Below are positions 13,909-34,426 of a stretch of DNA of 64,000 nt, in pieces (the stretch's first letter is position 1; every line of letters starts with the position of its first letter). Origin of the DNA: the human T2T-CHM13v2.0 reference genome, Homo sapiens; the NCBI RefSeq assembly GCF_009914755.1, contig NC_060938.1. The stretch is one strand, 5' to 3'. Both the position numbers and the translations under genes were made by a program. Below the pieces are notes generated by a model. It did not search any database. It was not told the DNA's origin and was given only the letters and a program-made list of their open reading frames with translations.

Positions 13909-14116
13909 CAGGGTTTCTCAGCCTTGACACTATTGACGTTTTTGGCCAGATGATTCTTAGTTGTGATGGACTGCCTTTTATACACTGTTGAATATTTAAT
14001 AGCATTCTACTTGCCAATAGCACTGCCCTTCTGAGGTGTGAAAAAACAAATATCTCTAGACATTGTTAAGTGTTCCTTGAGGAGGGCGAGAACTTGCCCT
14101 TGGTAGGGAACCACTG
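13909..14116. mobile_element. MER20 (hAT)
   Basis: cagggtttctcagccttgacactattgac...ctctagacattg...ggaaccactg. Confidence 0.8.
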
Positions 14117-14708
14117 CTGTAAACTAGTATTCACCAGGACCGCCTGGGGTGTGGCATAGAAAAGGGGCTGTTAGCCCAAAATAAAGATGGATGCCAGGCA
14201 GACTAAACAACAGATGGTTCATTACTGGTAATTTTTCCCCATGGTTTATTCTGCCTTATTAACCCAATCCTTCCTTGCGGGTGTCCCCTCCCTGGCCCCA
14301 CCATTCTTGATTGCCTAGGATTGGGGGCAGTCTGAGATCATTGAACAGAGTAAAGCTCTTTGACCCAGTTCTGTCTCCTGTATCTCACCATGGTGTGCTC
14401 TAAGCTTAAGTTAACTAGCAGCTGGCCATATAAAACATCGAAAGGGTGTGTATTTATTCATTGAGATGTACACTTAAGATTTGTACATTTTATTCTTGTA
14501 ACTATGTTGTAATAAAATCATACATATGGGGGATGAGTAAGGGGAAGCACATTTATAAGACCAGAAGAAGATATGGACAGAAATACAACCTTCAACTGTA
14601 AATGTGTGATTTCTGTTCCCCTGGGAACTGAAACAAGGATACTGTTTAAGTTTTAGTATACTTGTTGACCAGAAGTTTAATAGCAAATTAATATGAGATA
14701 GTTTTTTT

Positions 14709-14799
14709 AAAAGGCAGTCAAATTTAGCAGTGGGGGTTGTGTATCACCATTAGTGACAGTAATAGTAAGTTCTGATAACCTACTACCATTGGACCAACC
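14709..14799 (-). pseudogene. Y RNA (RNY4) retropseudogene in TMX1 intron 7
   Basis: Reverse complement GGTTGGTCCAATGGTAGTAGGTTATCAGAACTTA...CACAACCCCCACTGCTAAATTTGACTGCCTTTT matches hY4 end to end with several substitutions; flanked by a direct repeat (A)7-8CT at a TT/AAAA site. Confidence 0.92.
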
Positions 14800-15116
14800 A
14801 GTTTTTTTTAATGCTGTATATTTTCTCACAACTTCCATATTCACAACATTAATGCTGATTCATTAATTTCAGTTCAGTTTATAAATAGGTGGGTAATTAG
14901 AATGACTTTGATAACTAAAATGGCTCAAACAATTTTTATTTTTATAATATTCATGGTTTTTTTGATCTTATCTTGAATAACTTTCCTTTTGGACATCCAA
15001 ACATGATAAATTTATGCCAAAGCAGTTTTGGGGCATATGAGACATTGTATCTTGATTTTACTCTAAAGCAAATCTAATACATCAACAAAAATACATTTTT
15101 GGTCTTTGTCTTTAAG

Positions 15117-15295
15117 AAAAATTATTATCAGAATCTGCACAACCTTTGAAAAAAGTGGAGGAGGAACAAGAGGCGGATGAAGAAGATGTTTCAGAAGAAG
15201 AAGCTGAAAGTAAAGAAGGAACAAACAAAGACTTTCCACAGAATGCCATAAGACAACGCTCTCTGGGTCCATCATTGGCCACAGATAAATCCTAG
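15117..15295 (+). CDS. TMX1: TMX1 exon 8 coding part (acidic cytosolic tail, RQR motif, stop)
   Basis: gtctttaag|AA AAA TTA (uncommon AAG acceptor) = KLLSESAQPLKKVEEEQEADEEDVSEEEAESKEG...IRQRSLGPSLATDKS; TAG at 15293-15295. Confidence 0.96.
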
Positions 15296-16787
15296 TTAAA
15301 TTTTATAGTTATCTTAATATTATGATTTTGATAAAAACAGAAGATTGATCATTTTGTTTGGTTTGAAGTGAACTGTGACTTTTTTGAATATTGCAGGGTT
15401 CAGTCTAGATTGTCATTAAATTGAAGAGTCTACATTCAGAACATAAAAGCACTAGGTATACAAGTTTGAAATATGATTTAAGCACAGTATGATGGTTTAA
15501 ATAGTTCTCTAATTTTTGAAAAATCGTGCCAAGCAATAAGATTTATGTATATTTGTTTAATAATAACCTATTTCAAGTCTGAGTTTTGAAAATTTACATT
15601 TCCCAAGTATTGCATTATTGAGGTATTTAAGAAGATTATTTTAGAGAAAAATATTTCTCATTTGATATAATTTTTCTCTGTTTCACTGTGTGAAAAAAAG
15701 AAGATATTTCCCATAAATGGGAAGTTTGCCCATTGTCTCAAGAAATGTGTATTTCAGTGACAATTTCGTGGTCTTTTTAGAGGTATATTCCAAAATTTCC
15801 TTGTATTTTTAGGTTATGCAACTAATAAAAACTACCTTACATTAATTAATTACAGTTTTCTACACATGGTAATACAGGATATGCTACTGATTTAGGAAGT
15901 TTTTAAGTTCATGGTATTCTCTTGATTCCAACAAAGTTTGATTTTCTCTTGTATTTTTCTTACTTACTATGGGTTACATTTTTTATTTTTCAAATTGGAT
16001 GATAATTTCTTGGAAACATTTTTTATGTTTTAGTAAACAGTATTTTTTTGTTGTTTCAAACTGAAGTTTACTGAGAGATCCATCAAATTGAACAATCTGT
16101 TGTAATTTAAAATTTTGGCCACTTTTTTCAGATTTTACATCATTCTTGCTGAACTTCAACTTGAAATTGTTTTTTTTTTCTTTTTGGATGTGAAGGTGAA
16201 CATTCCTGATTTTTGTCTGATGTGAAAAAGCCTTGGTATTTTACATTTTGAAAATTCAAAGAAGCTTAATATAAAAGTTTGCATTCTACTCAGGAAAAAG
16301 CATCTTCTTGTATATGTCTTAAATGTATTTTTGTCCTCATATACAGAAAGTTCTTAATTGATTTTACAGTCTGTAATGCTTGATGTTTTAAAATAATAAC
16401 ATTTTTATATTTTTTAAAAGACAAACTTCATATTATCCTGTGTTCTTTCCTGACTGGTAATATTGTGTGGGATTTCACAGGTAAAAGTCAGTAGGATGGA
16501 ACATTTTAGTGTATTTTTACTCCTTAAAGAGCTAGAATACATAGTTTTCACCTTAAAAGAAGGGGGAAAATCATAAATACAATGAATCAACTGACCATTA
16601 CGTAGTAGACAATTTCTGTAATGTCCCCTTCTTTCTAGGCTCTGTTGCTGTGTGAATCCATTAGATTTACAGTATCGTAATATACAAGTTTTCTTTAAAG
16701 CCCTCTCCTTTAGAATTTAAAATATTGTACCATTGAAGAGTTTGGATGTGTAACTTGTGATGCCTTAGAAAAATATCCTAAGCACAA

Positions 16788-16815
16788 AATAAACCTTTCT
16801 AACCACTTCATTAAA
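16788..16815 (+). terminator. Probable major poly(A) signal pair (AATAAA + ATTAAA)
   Basis: aataaa 16788-16793, attaaa 16810-16815, downstream tttctggttgctttttg. Confidence 0.55.
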
Positions 16816-17619
16816 GCTGAAGACCAGTATGATTTCTGGTTGCTTTTTGAAGGTATGCTTTATTACTTTGTATTTAACCATGTTCAGATGAGTAGTTGTG
16901 TGTTCCTATATATGTACTTGATATGTGTAATCAAAAGACTGCCTTCTTTTTCTATTGAGATGTTTAAGGACAGTAATGCTCATTAATCAAGCATTTTTTT
17001 TTTTTAGTGTTCTAGTATATGTGACATGGCCAATTTTTTTATTAGAAAATATGTGACCAGAAAGATTCTATAGAGTAAAAAATCAAAGCAAAACAAAAAC
17101 CACAAAAAGACCCCTGTACTATAGAAAATGTAAAGTTGGCTGAACAGATAGGGTCTTGAAATTTCAGGAAACATATAATCTCACGGTTCTTAAAGATTGT
17201 CACTGTAGACATCTGAGTAATTAATTTTCAGTTAGTAACAGGCTTATAGAAACTTTGGGATTATTTACAAATGGTTTAGGAAAGAATAAGGTATAGTAAA
17301 AGTAATATCCTGGAGAATTCTGGGCCACCTACCCACCATAATCAATTCAGCTGTACTACTGAAGTATTGTAAAATCTGATCTCTAGAGGAAAATACAGTA
17401 TTCTACCTTACGTTGTGTAAATACTTAATGATTATCAGAAAGACTGAAAAAAGTTTTAATGAAGAATTCTGGCTACATCTAACAGCTGCCATTTACCAAG
17501 TACCTACTGGAGCTTTGTTGTTTTCTTGTATTTATTAATTTAGTCCTAATGACAACTGCAAGACAGGTAAGCATTGCACATCTTTCAGGTGAATCAGCCC
17601 AGAGGTGTGGTACAAATAG

Positions 17620-17949
<330 letters not shown>

Positions 17950-18451
17950 TAAATAACCATAATTATTCAGTATTTGCAGTCTCGTGATGTTGGTTATTGC
18001 ATAAAGTAAGTTATTGCAGTAAATGATGCTTTAGAAAGCAATTTTCTCTCATCAGTTTCGTCCTTATTCAGCCTTACACAAAAAAAGGCATAGTTCTGGG
18101 CTTAATTGTGATGTAATTAAAATTATTGAGTGAACATTTTGGCTCATATTTTATGACATTGTAGTTCATCCCCATGGTCAATTTAAGGTAGAGTTCTTAC
18201 AATATATTACTTTCAATATAGGTATTTTATTAATAAGAATTTATTTCAGTTGGACTTATTAAATGAGTGGTTTTGCTGAGTGTATGAGTCTATAAATAAA
18301 ATTTTAATTGAACATCATTGGAGATTTAGATATGTTGGTACTGCTTATCTAGCAACTTTTGTATTTGTGAAACCATTAAAACTAGAGTAACAATAAATTT
18401 AAGTTGGAATTTTGGTAATATGTAAATAGCAAAGTCAGATTATATATTTGA

Positions 18452-18786
<335 letters not shown>

Positions 18787-18789
18787 TTT

Positions 18790-23910
<5,121 letters not shown>

Positions 23911-24354
23911 CCCCTCTCTCTCTTTTAAAGTAATTGTTTATTTTGATTCATTAATTACAAATGGTGATAATATCAGTATTTTGCCTGGTAATGAAATCCG
24001 CTTGTATCTTCTACCCACTTGGGTGTGACATTACTTTTAAGCTTGTTTTCCTAGTGGTGTTATAACTCAGACTGGTTGTGTCCAAAACATGAGAAATGAA
24101 AACACCAGAAGTAAATTGACCAAATAGAGGTTTGACTTATCTGAAACTTCTTTTAAATGTAAATATAATTAAGAGTCATCGTTTTAAGTTCAGTGGAAAC
24201 ATACTTAATTTTTAAGAGTAACTTAAGCAATGTATTTTTTTCAAGCCTTCCTATTTTCAGTGTTTTTAATAAAGCAGGTCAGAAATAAGGTTACCTAGTG
24301 GATTTGAGTATATCAGTTCAAGTCCTTAGGATGATTGGCATATTGCTACCTGGG

Positions 24355-24550
<196 letters not shown>

Positions 24551-25339
24551 GTAGCAGGGCATTCTTAAGAAATGTTCTCTAAACTTTAGATATCTCCCAT
24601 GTTCCACAGAATCAAATATATATTTCTTGGTTGGAAATTTTAAATGTTCTTAACTATCTGCCTACCATCCACCTCAATTAATATTCTTGAGACCACTTTA
24701 ACAAATCAGCTCTTCAGTGAATGTTCCTCACATTGTCTGTTGGTTCATAAGTCAGCTGAAATCCGTTTAAAGTCCTTTCCGGCCCACAAGTGTAGGTTTT
24801 ATCATCCTCTGGCAGTTAAGTCACATTTGTCTTGTAATGTTTCTTCTCTTGCATTTATTATACCAATTAGCTAAGTGACATTGAGCAAAGACCATACATC
24901 TCTTGTCCTCAATTTATGTGTAAAATGATTACTGAAGTTTCTTCTCTACCTTTAAGAAGACAATTATTAGATTCATACTTGTCTCCAAAACCTGACTGTC
25001 AGCTCCTTGAGGCCTGAAACTTGTTAGTTTGAAACAAACTGTAGTGATGTAGTGGGAGACTTCCGAGCATTAATGTTCACATTTGTAAAACGAAACAGGT
25101 CACTAGGAAATAATCACACCCTGAGTCTGCTGAGAATGGGGAGCCAGAAATGAAAAAGGCTGCCCTGCCCTTTACTCTCATAGACAATACTGTTGTGTTG
25201 TGTCACTGTACTAGCATCATCCCATCCTTCACTGCAAAAGCCAGATTTTAAGTCCTCCATCTGTGTCTCCCCTGCGTTCATATGCTTCAGGGGCAGTTGA
25301 CTCCATCTTTGCCTGCTAGATTGAGTTTAGATTATGAAC

Positions 25340-25685
25340 ACACATGCTAATCCAATCCTGCAATTGACATGGTCAATGGATGTGTGCTCCAAATAGAGCC
25401 ATTGAGATGTTGCGGTATTCTGGCAAGGCCTCTTAAAAATGAGACTCAGCAAAGAGATAGTTCTCTCTCTTCTGGAGTTTGGCATTATCTGAATGTGATG
25501 CACAGAATTTTGAGGTCATCTCACAGCCTGAGGATGAAGCCAATAAACAGGATGGCAGAGCCAAGAGGATCTCAGAAAAGCAAAGGGAAAGTCCTGGTGT
25601 AATACCCCTTTACCTCTGGACATCTTACTTGAGATAATTTTTCTTACTACCTAACCATTTTGAGTAAGACTTTTCAGTTGAAATT
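25340..25685. mobile_element. MLT1-type LTR
   Basis: gaggatgaagccaa...ggcagagc...cctctggac...aaccattttgagt. Confidence 0.55.
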
Positions 25686-27519
25686 ATGAGCATGGCTGTT
25701 ACCTCTCGACTTTGTGAACAATGGTGTCTTGATTTAACTTAACCCAGTTCATTCCATATGTATTTCATTATCTGAGAATGCTCATTTCAAGCCTATGGTT
25801 TACTTCTCTCACTGTGACATTCCAAGGTTAGGGGGAACAAAGAGTACATGTATGTGGTAAAAAGTAATTCTTGGGCCAAATCAGACACAACAAACACTGG
25901 GTAATGAAAGGTGAAATGAGTATAGTTTTCCTTTCAGGGATCTATTTTTTATTATAGCTCATAATTCATTACACTAATGTTATGCTCTGTAAGCATTAGA
26001 GATGAAATCCTGGAAGCTAAAAATAGTATATATTGGGTTCAAATATAGCTGTTTAGTGTGAAAGCAGGCTTTGAACCTAAAAGAGCCTTGCTTGACTTGT
26101 TTAATAGAACTTTTATATTTGGATTTTATGTTTAGTGAGCAAATTCTTACAAATGGTTTTGGACAGTTACTTTAGTTGTCTTCTGAGAATGGGAACAATA
26201 TAAGTTTGAAGGTGGTAGGAATTATTTTGCTATTTTGTTTCCTTTGAGGAGGAGGAAGGAAAGGATGAGAAATGTTTATGTTATCACGAATGTTTCTTAG
26301 TCTAATGTTTATAAAGGTGGATTGCAGTTGAATAAGACTACTGCTTAATAGTCTGTAACTTGCACTGTAACTGGAACCATTTTTTAAACTATTATTTTGT
26401 AAACCTGTCAAGAATGTGATTCCTTTTTTTTTTTTTTATGTATTTGCAAGCTCCTTGTCAGTGCATGCTTTGACACCTTACTGCTGGAGAAGCCAAACTG
26501 CTTGATAACTTTTAGTAATATATTGCATATAAACATTTTTAGTTACATTCAATGTTAACACATAAATTCAGATTCTTAAATGGTCCCAGTTTTCAGGCTG
26601 ATTTTTAGCTGAGTACGTGCAAACTGCATAAAATGATCTGTTACTTATTCTCATCTTGGATATGAGCTTCCAAAGAAATCATAGTCCACAAAAATAGGGC
26701 ATTGTGGTATATTTTTATTAATCCTTCGGGCAGTCCTTTATTCTAAGATGATATCTTTCTACTTCTTAGTGTTTCTAAAATGAAAAATGATGGTAATTTT
26801 TAAAAATGACCTTAGTAAAGTTAGAAGTTGACAGTTTCTTGTGTCTAACATTTGGAGGAGAATGTTACTGGTTTATAACATTTTGAAGTCTGGGAACAAT
26901 ACGTCTAGGGGGAGATGAATAAACTGAAGTTTCCTCATTAGCTCATTTAAAGGCAGATAGATAGAAAGCAAGTATTAGAATCTCCTCCCAATCAGTAGAT
27001 TTCTTCATCCTTCACAAAGTTTTGTTTGAGTGGAGTTACTGGAAGCCATGCTATGTGATACAACTGTAAAGTTAAATGCTCTAGTCACATTGTTAAATAG
27101 AACTCATTTTTGATCAAAAAGGGCTATTGACTTAAGAGATCTATCAGGTGACAGTTTGTATTATTGTGACACCCATGCCTGTAGTAATTTCATTACTCTT
27201 TGTGTCTGTGTTAAGAAAAGATAGACTCACAAGGTGAATGATTATCTTGGCATTTTAGTTACATCAGTGACACTTCCTCCTGTACATATGGGGAGATCAG
27301 ATTTAATCTGATGCTTGGCACTCACTAAGGAAGAAAAAGGTCAGTTGGGTTACTGAGGGTTTTTGTTTTGTTTTGTTTTAGAAGCATCATTATAAAATTT
27401 ATCATAGCAAGGAGAAGTATCCAAATTCAAATGGAATCATATTAGTGTCTTGGCACTGTCATCTTAATAAGTTCTTGCTGAATATATTTTTTCATTCGGC
27501 TGTTTACCACTGATCTTGA

Positions 27520-27869
<350 letters not shown>

Positions 27870-27989
27870 ACAAAAAACAACTTTTAATAAAATATTTTCC
27901 ATTTTATTTCACCAATAATACTGTCTCATGATCCCCATGGATTTCCCTTATCTCTAATGTGAGATATTGTAAAAACCTTTTGTTCACCA

Positions 27990-28272
27990 CACACACCTGT
28001 AATCCCAGCACTTTGGGAGGGTGAGGCAGGCGGATCGCTTGAGGTCAGGAGTTTGAGACTAGCGTGGCCCACGTGGTGAAACCTCTTCTGTACCAAAAAT
28101 ACAAAAATGAGCCGGGCATGGTGGTGTGCACCTGTGGTCCCAGCTACTCAGGAGGTTGAGGCAGGAGAATCGCTTGAAGCCAGGAGGTGGAGGTTACAGT
28201 GAGCCAAGACCAGACAACTGTACTCTGGCCTGGGCAGCAGAGTGAGACTCCGTCTCTAAAACAAAACAAAAA
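27990..28272 (+). mobile_element. AluS, slightly 5'-truncated
   Basis: ggatcgcttgaggtcaggagtttgagac; TSD aaaaac.tttt.ttca. Confidence 0.92.
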
Positions 28273-28289
28273 AAAACATTTTATTCATG

Positions 28290-28505
28290 TGTACGTTGCT
28301 TTAGAGTTTACAAAGGGCTTTCATGTTCTTTATCTCATGTGACTCTAACAACAACCTTTATTAGTAGACAGAGCGCATATTTTTTATTATTATGAATATT
28401 ATTATTATTTTACAGATAAGGAAACTGAGAGGCTAAAAGACTTGGGTGAGGTTACACCATAAGTAAGTGTTGGAATGAAGACTTGAACCTAGGATCATTG
28501 ACTTT
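28290..28505 (-). mobile_element. MIR
   Basis: ttttacagataaggaaactgaga...acttgaacctagg. Confidence 0.7.
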
Positions 28506-29065
28506 AGTAGAGTTCAATGTTTCTCAAAATATTTTCTGTAGAAAACTAATCCCACAAGATATTTATGAGGACAATGCTCGTGGTCAAATGAGTTTGATAT
28601 GTATGTCAATACAGTATGTTCCAGCTGGATGTTTACAGTACCTATTACCAATAAGACCAGTTTACCTTTGTTCAACCTGGTATTAATCAAGTTTGTTTGA
28701 ATATAGAATCCCTTTTGAAAGCAACAACTTTAAATATCCTAAGAGATCAGTATTTCTTAAAGTACACTTTGGGAGAATGTTAGTGTAGTAACTTCTCCTA
28801 TGCTATGCTACCCTAATCTTGCATGGGACTTTTCTGTATGGCACCTTGTACTTTAAACTTCCTACTCTATTGTAAAATCCTGTCTTCCTGAAGTACACCA
28901 AAATAATCCTATTGATCACTACATTGACAGCATATTGGTAATGTCTTAGAGGGAGAGCAAAGGCAGGATATTTTGGGTTCCTTGGGGCTCTGGCTTATGG
29001 TGGGTCTTTTCATTTGGGGGCTTATGCTTAGACAAATTTGTGGATAGGATCTGAAAGTGAATCTT

Positions 29066-29505
<440 letters not shown>

Positions 29506-29653
29506 GTCTTGAAATGAACAAATAAAATTATTTGCAAATTTACCTTCCTGGGTAAATTTCCTAGAATATTAATGCTATGTGAATGAAGACAGTTGTTGAT
29601 ATTGACGGTAAACTGTGTGGGTGCAGATGGTTTCAGCTTTTAGTGTATCCCCT

Positions 29654-30508
29654 TGTAACATAATATGAAATATATATTTGGTCTTTGCCCCCCAGTTCCT
29701 GACACAGAGTTCCTAAAACTCTTGCAATTTCCTTAGTGGTGGGGTGATAGGAGTATCTTTTTAAATCTTATTCCTTGTTCTTGACACAAGAGCTTCTCAG
29801 AAACTTGCGATCTCCGGAGTGAATGGTGAGTGTCTTTTTATATTTTCATGAAAAGAGTGGTGCTAAAAGCCCCTAAATATTATAGCTTCAGAATAGGGAC
29901 TGGTTACCAGGGGAATCAACCTTGTGATTAGAAGACTGAAACTTCGAAGCTTTCTCCCGACCAGTGATTGAATTAATCATACCTATGTAATGGAACCTCC
30001 TTAAAAACCCTTAATAAAGGGGCTCGAGGAGTTTCTGGGTTGGTGAACACATGAAGGTGCAGGGAGGGTGGTATGCTTAGAGAGCACATGGAAACTTATA
30101 TCCCTTCCCACATACCTTGCTGCCCAATACCTCTCTTCTCTGGCCATTCCTGAGTTGTATCCTTTATAATAAGCCAGAAATAATAAGCATTTCCTGAGTT
30201 CAGTGAACCATTCTAGTAAGTTATTGAACCTTAGGAGGGTTTCTTAGGAACTGCTGATTTATAGATGTCAGAAATATGGGAGGCTTGGATTTTTGATTGG
30301 CATTTGAAGTGGGGAAAGGGAGGCAGTCTTGTGGGAATGAGCCCTTAACCTGTGGGGTCTGCACTGTCTCTGTACAGTCAGTGTCAGAATTAAATTGTAG
30401 GACACCCTGTTGGTATCCACAGAGAACTGGAGAATTGCTTGGTGTGGAAAGCTCCCATACATTTGATGTCAGAAGTGTGAATATAGAGGAAACAGTTTTT
30501 CCTTTTCA
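29654..30508 (+). mobile_element. MER21-family solo LTR (ERVL)
   Basis: TG...CA ends; aaatatatatttggtctttgcc...ttcctgacacagag; tcagaattaaattgtaggacaccc; C-rich flanks. Confidence 0.8.
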
Positions 30509-30509
30509 C

Positions 30510-33200
30510 CCCCTTATTGCCATTCTTTGGCCTGAGCTGATGGATTCACTACTGGGGATGTGATCAGTCTAGATCTTCTCTGCTATATATAGTCTCTTGG
30601 TCATGTATCATTTCCCAGATGGTTGTTTCAACATTCAAGTGTTAGGTTTTTCTGTTCTTTTTGTTGGATGATCATTTGTTTAATCATGTGGTAAGACAAC
30701 AGTTGGACAGCAGCATTTAAAACTTGAGGACACACCATCTGAGCCCCTGTAAATAAAATATACCAAGAGAAGGATTATGATCAGTTTGTTGTCTTCCTCT
30801 AAGCCGTGACTCAAGAGTGTCCAAATTAAGCTAGAAGAACAGATTTTATCTCCTATATAATGAGGAGATGCAGTACCAGGTATGGGATTATTAGTCAAAT
30901 CATAAAGTTAATTAATTTTATGATTTTTTGGTTAGCTTACCAGATCTTTTTAGTATTGTTAAAGATGCCAGAGACATCTGCAGGGCTATAAGCATACCAT
31001 TTCCCCCTAAAACAGCACGTTTTCTCTCAAGACACCAATATTATAATTAATGGGCTCTTTTTGAGTTCCATTTTCTGAACCTCTTGGGCAAAGAGTTCTG
31101 TAGTTGTGGTAGCATTGTTTATTATAGCTTTCCTGCTTTTCTCTGAACCATAGCATGCCGGAGACTCTCTACCTCTAGGCCTCTTATAAAGTGAAGAGGA
31201 TTGAAGACAGCAGAAAGCAATCCAGAATTTGAGTGATTAGGGTTTCGATTCTCAAACCAAGACCCACTTTTTCTCCTTTCATGAAGCTATCTCTTTTTCT
31301 AAGAGGGTAAATTGATGAATCAAAACAGATCTTGGATGATAACAGGGACTATCCTGAGGTTAGTTAGGAGTTTACCAAAGTAACAAGCCTCTGTCCGATT
31401 TGCAGGTAGTAGCCAGTAGGTTTTTGTGTTACAAATCCACTCACTGGTGGCCACTCAGTCGTCTGTTTTTGGTCAAAATACTCCTGTGGTTATTGTCAAA
31501 TCCTTTTGCTATGCTCTAGGGCCACTTATGAAGAGTGGTCTGGCTCCAGGCAGTGAAATTTATGGTGTCAAGACTATTAATTTGGTTGTTCTAAAGTGAA
31601 AGAGAAGTAGTGTGTTTTACTTGTCAGATCGGGTAAAGTGAGATAGTCTCCAAATATGCATAATCTGTTCCCTAGTTCTCTTTCAAGCTTTCTATCTGTG
31701 AAAGTTTGTGTACAAAAGCTAGCTCCCACAAAAGGTCCCAAAGGTCTCAAGCATAGTTTTGGTGGAGACAGGAACATTTTGTTGTTTTGTTTTGGTTTTT
31801 GATAGGCTATTTATCCTTGTATTTTACCCAGAAAATCATTTGATCTCATTACAAGGAAATGGAACCAACGGAAGCTGGGTGGCTCCTCCAAAAGGAAAAT
31901 GTATATAATCCCAACTCTCAGTTTGAGTGTATGCTTTATTTAGCTAATTCATGAGTAAATTGTTTCTTTCAGAAGACCAAGTCTTTGGGTTTCAGGTTGT
32001 ATGAAGTTTGTTTGGGAGGATTTGGGGGAAAGGCTGCTCATACCTATTGATAAGACTGGATGTTTAGCATGAGTTCCTTGTAATACTTGGTCCTGTCTGC
32101 TTGCCAGTTGTGTCTGGAGTCTAGAATCAGATGTAATATTCCTAGATGCCTGGGCAGGCCTGTATTTACTCATAAAGCAAGAGTTGATAGACTCCAGTGG
32201 ACTCATTAAAGCTTATGGGAATATCTTAGACCGTAGAACTTTGAGAGTCTCTGGGAACTTTGCAAAATTGAGATTCAGAGTTATATTTATTCTTTACCTT
32301 TCTTGGATATTGGGGCAATATAGATAGGGAACTTTCTGATTAAGTGGAGGGGCCTTGCAAAGCTCTTTAATAACAATCCTAGAAAAATTGGGACCCCTGC
32401 CACTAGAGAGATGTTTGAATTCCACAGGTTGGCAATATGACATCAGATAATATTTTTTCTACCATAGAGCCATAGCTCCCTAGCAAGGAAAGGCTTAGTC
32501 TATCCTGAGAATAAGCAAACAGTGGACAGGACATATTAAAAACTCACTGCAGGATGTACTTGTATGAATCCATTTGGAGGTGCACAAAGAGGACCTTTGT
32601 GGTTTTGGGGTTTCATGGGTGCTAGGAGCTTAGCAAAAGATGCCTGTCTTCCATAGTGACCAGCCAGAACACCTTGTTTAGCATTTGTGTTATCCCTTTT
32701 TGGGATGAATTTCAACCTTGATAATAACTACCACCTTAGGAAGTATTAGAGCACTTAAAAGTTGTTTTAATCTGCCAATCTTAATTGGATTTCCTGCTGA
32801 TGTCAAAATCCTGTATTGTAGCCAAAGCATTCTAAAATCATGGACTACCTGCAAAAGCATATCCGCTATAAGTGTATATATTAAGCTCCTTTATTGCTAA
32901 ATAACCAACAAGCTAAGCAATAGGATTTCATAGGAGGTAAGCCCACTTGCGAGAAATGTGTGTTTCCAGAAAGCAACAAAGGTTGTATAACATGGGACAC
33001 CTTCAAGACTACCATCAGAACTGTAGACTTGGTTTTAGGGACACCGTTAAACTTGATGATGCCTCATACTATACAACTTGCAGGCTTTATAAGGGCAGAA
33101 GGTTTTACCAGTAGTAAAGAGAAAGATTGTAGTAAGCCATTGGCATCTAGAAATTCATATGGGCTTGAGTCAGAACATTAAAAGCTTGTTCAGATCTTTC
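30510..33200 (-). mobile_element. Decayed LTR-retroelement internal region (pol relic; Gypsy/ERVL-like)
   Basis: Minus-strand fragments in RT-RNaseH-integrase order: WNSNISLV, PLNQKVP, FCKVPRDSQSS, LSPKSSQ..QPETQRLG, LTLPD, TGVFDQK, PTGYY, WCPQVLNAAV. Confidence 0.5.
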
Positions 33201-33279
33201 TTGTACAAATAGGCACAATGAATAGGCACAATGATTTATGATGAGAAAACCCAGAATATGATGTTGGTGAAGAGCACAA

Positions 33280-33385
33280 CTTGGCTGTTTTATCACAGAA
33301 ATAGCCATGACAGTATGTAAATGAATGAGTGTTGCTATATTACAGTAATACTTTATTTACAAAACAGGTGGCTAGACATGGGCCT
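33280..33385. mobile_element. MER58-type fragment
   Basis: tatgtaaatgaatgagtg...actttatttacaaaacaggtgg. Confidence 0.6.
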
Positions 33386-33709
33386 TACAATGAAATGTAT
33401 TTTCTCTTTCTGAAGAATTTACTCCTTTAACATTTATTGTGGTTACTGACACATTTGCAGTCATTTCTACCGTCTTACGTTGTGCTTTGTAATTGTCCTA
33501 TTGTTTATATACATACTTTTTCTCTTGAATTGTTGGAGAATTTTTTTTCCAATTTTTTAATTAAAACTTTTTTTAGAATTCCATTTTCCCCCTTATTGAA
33601 AATGATGCCATTTTAATTTTTTCGTGGATCTCTTAAAGTTCTAACAAGCATATTAATCACTATTTTTGCCTACCTCCTAATTTACATGCTATTGTTTTAA
33701 TTCTCTCTC

Positions 33710-34426
<717 letters not shown>

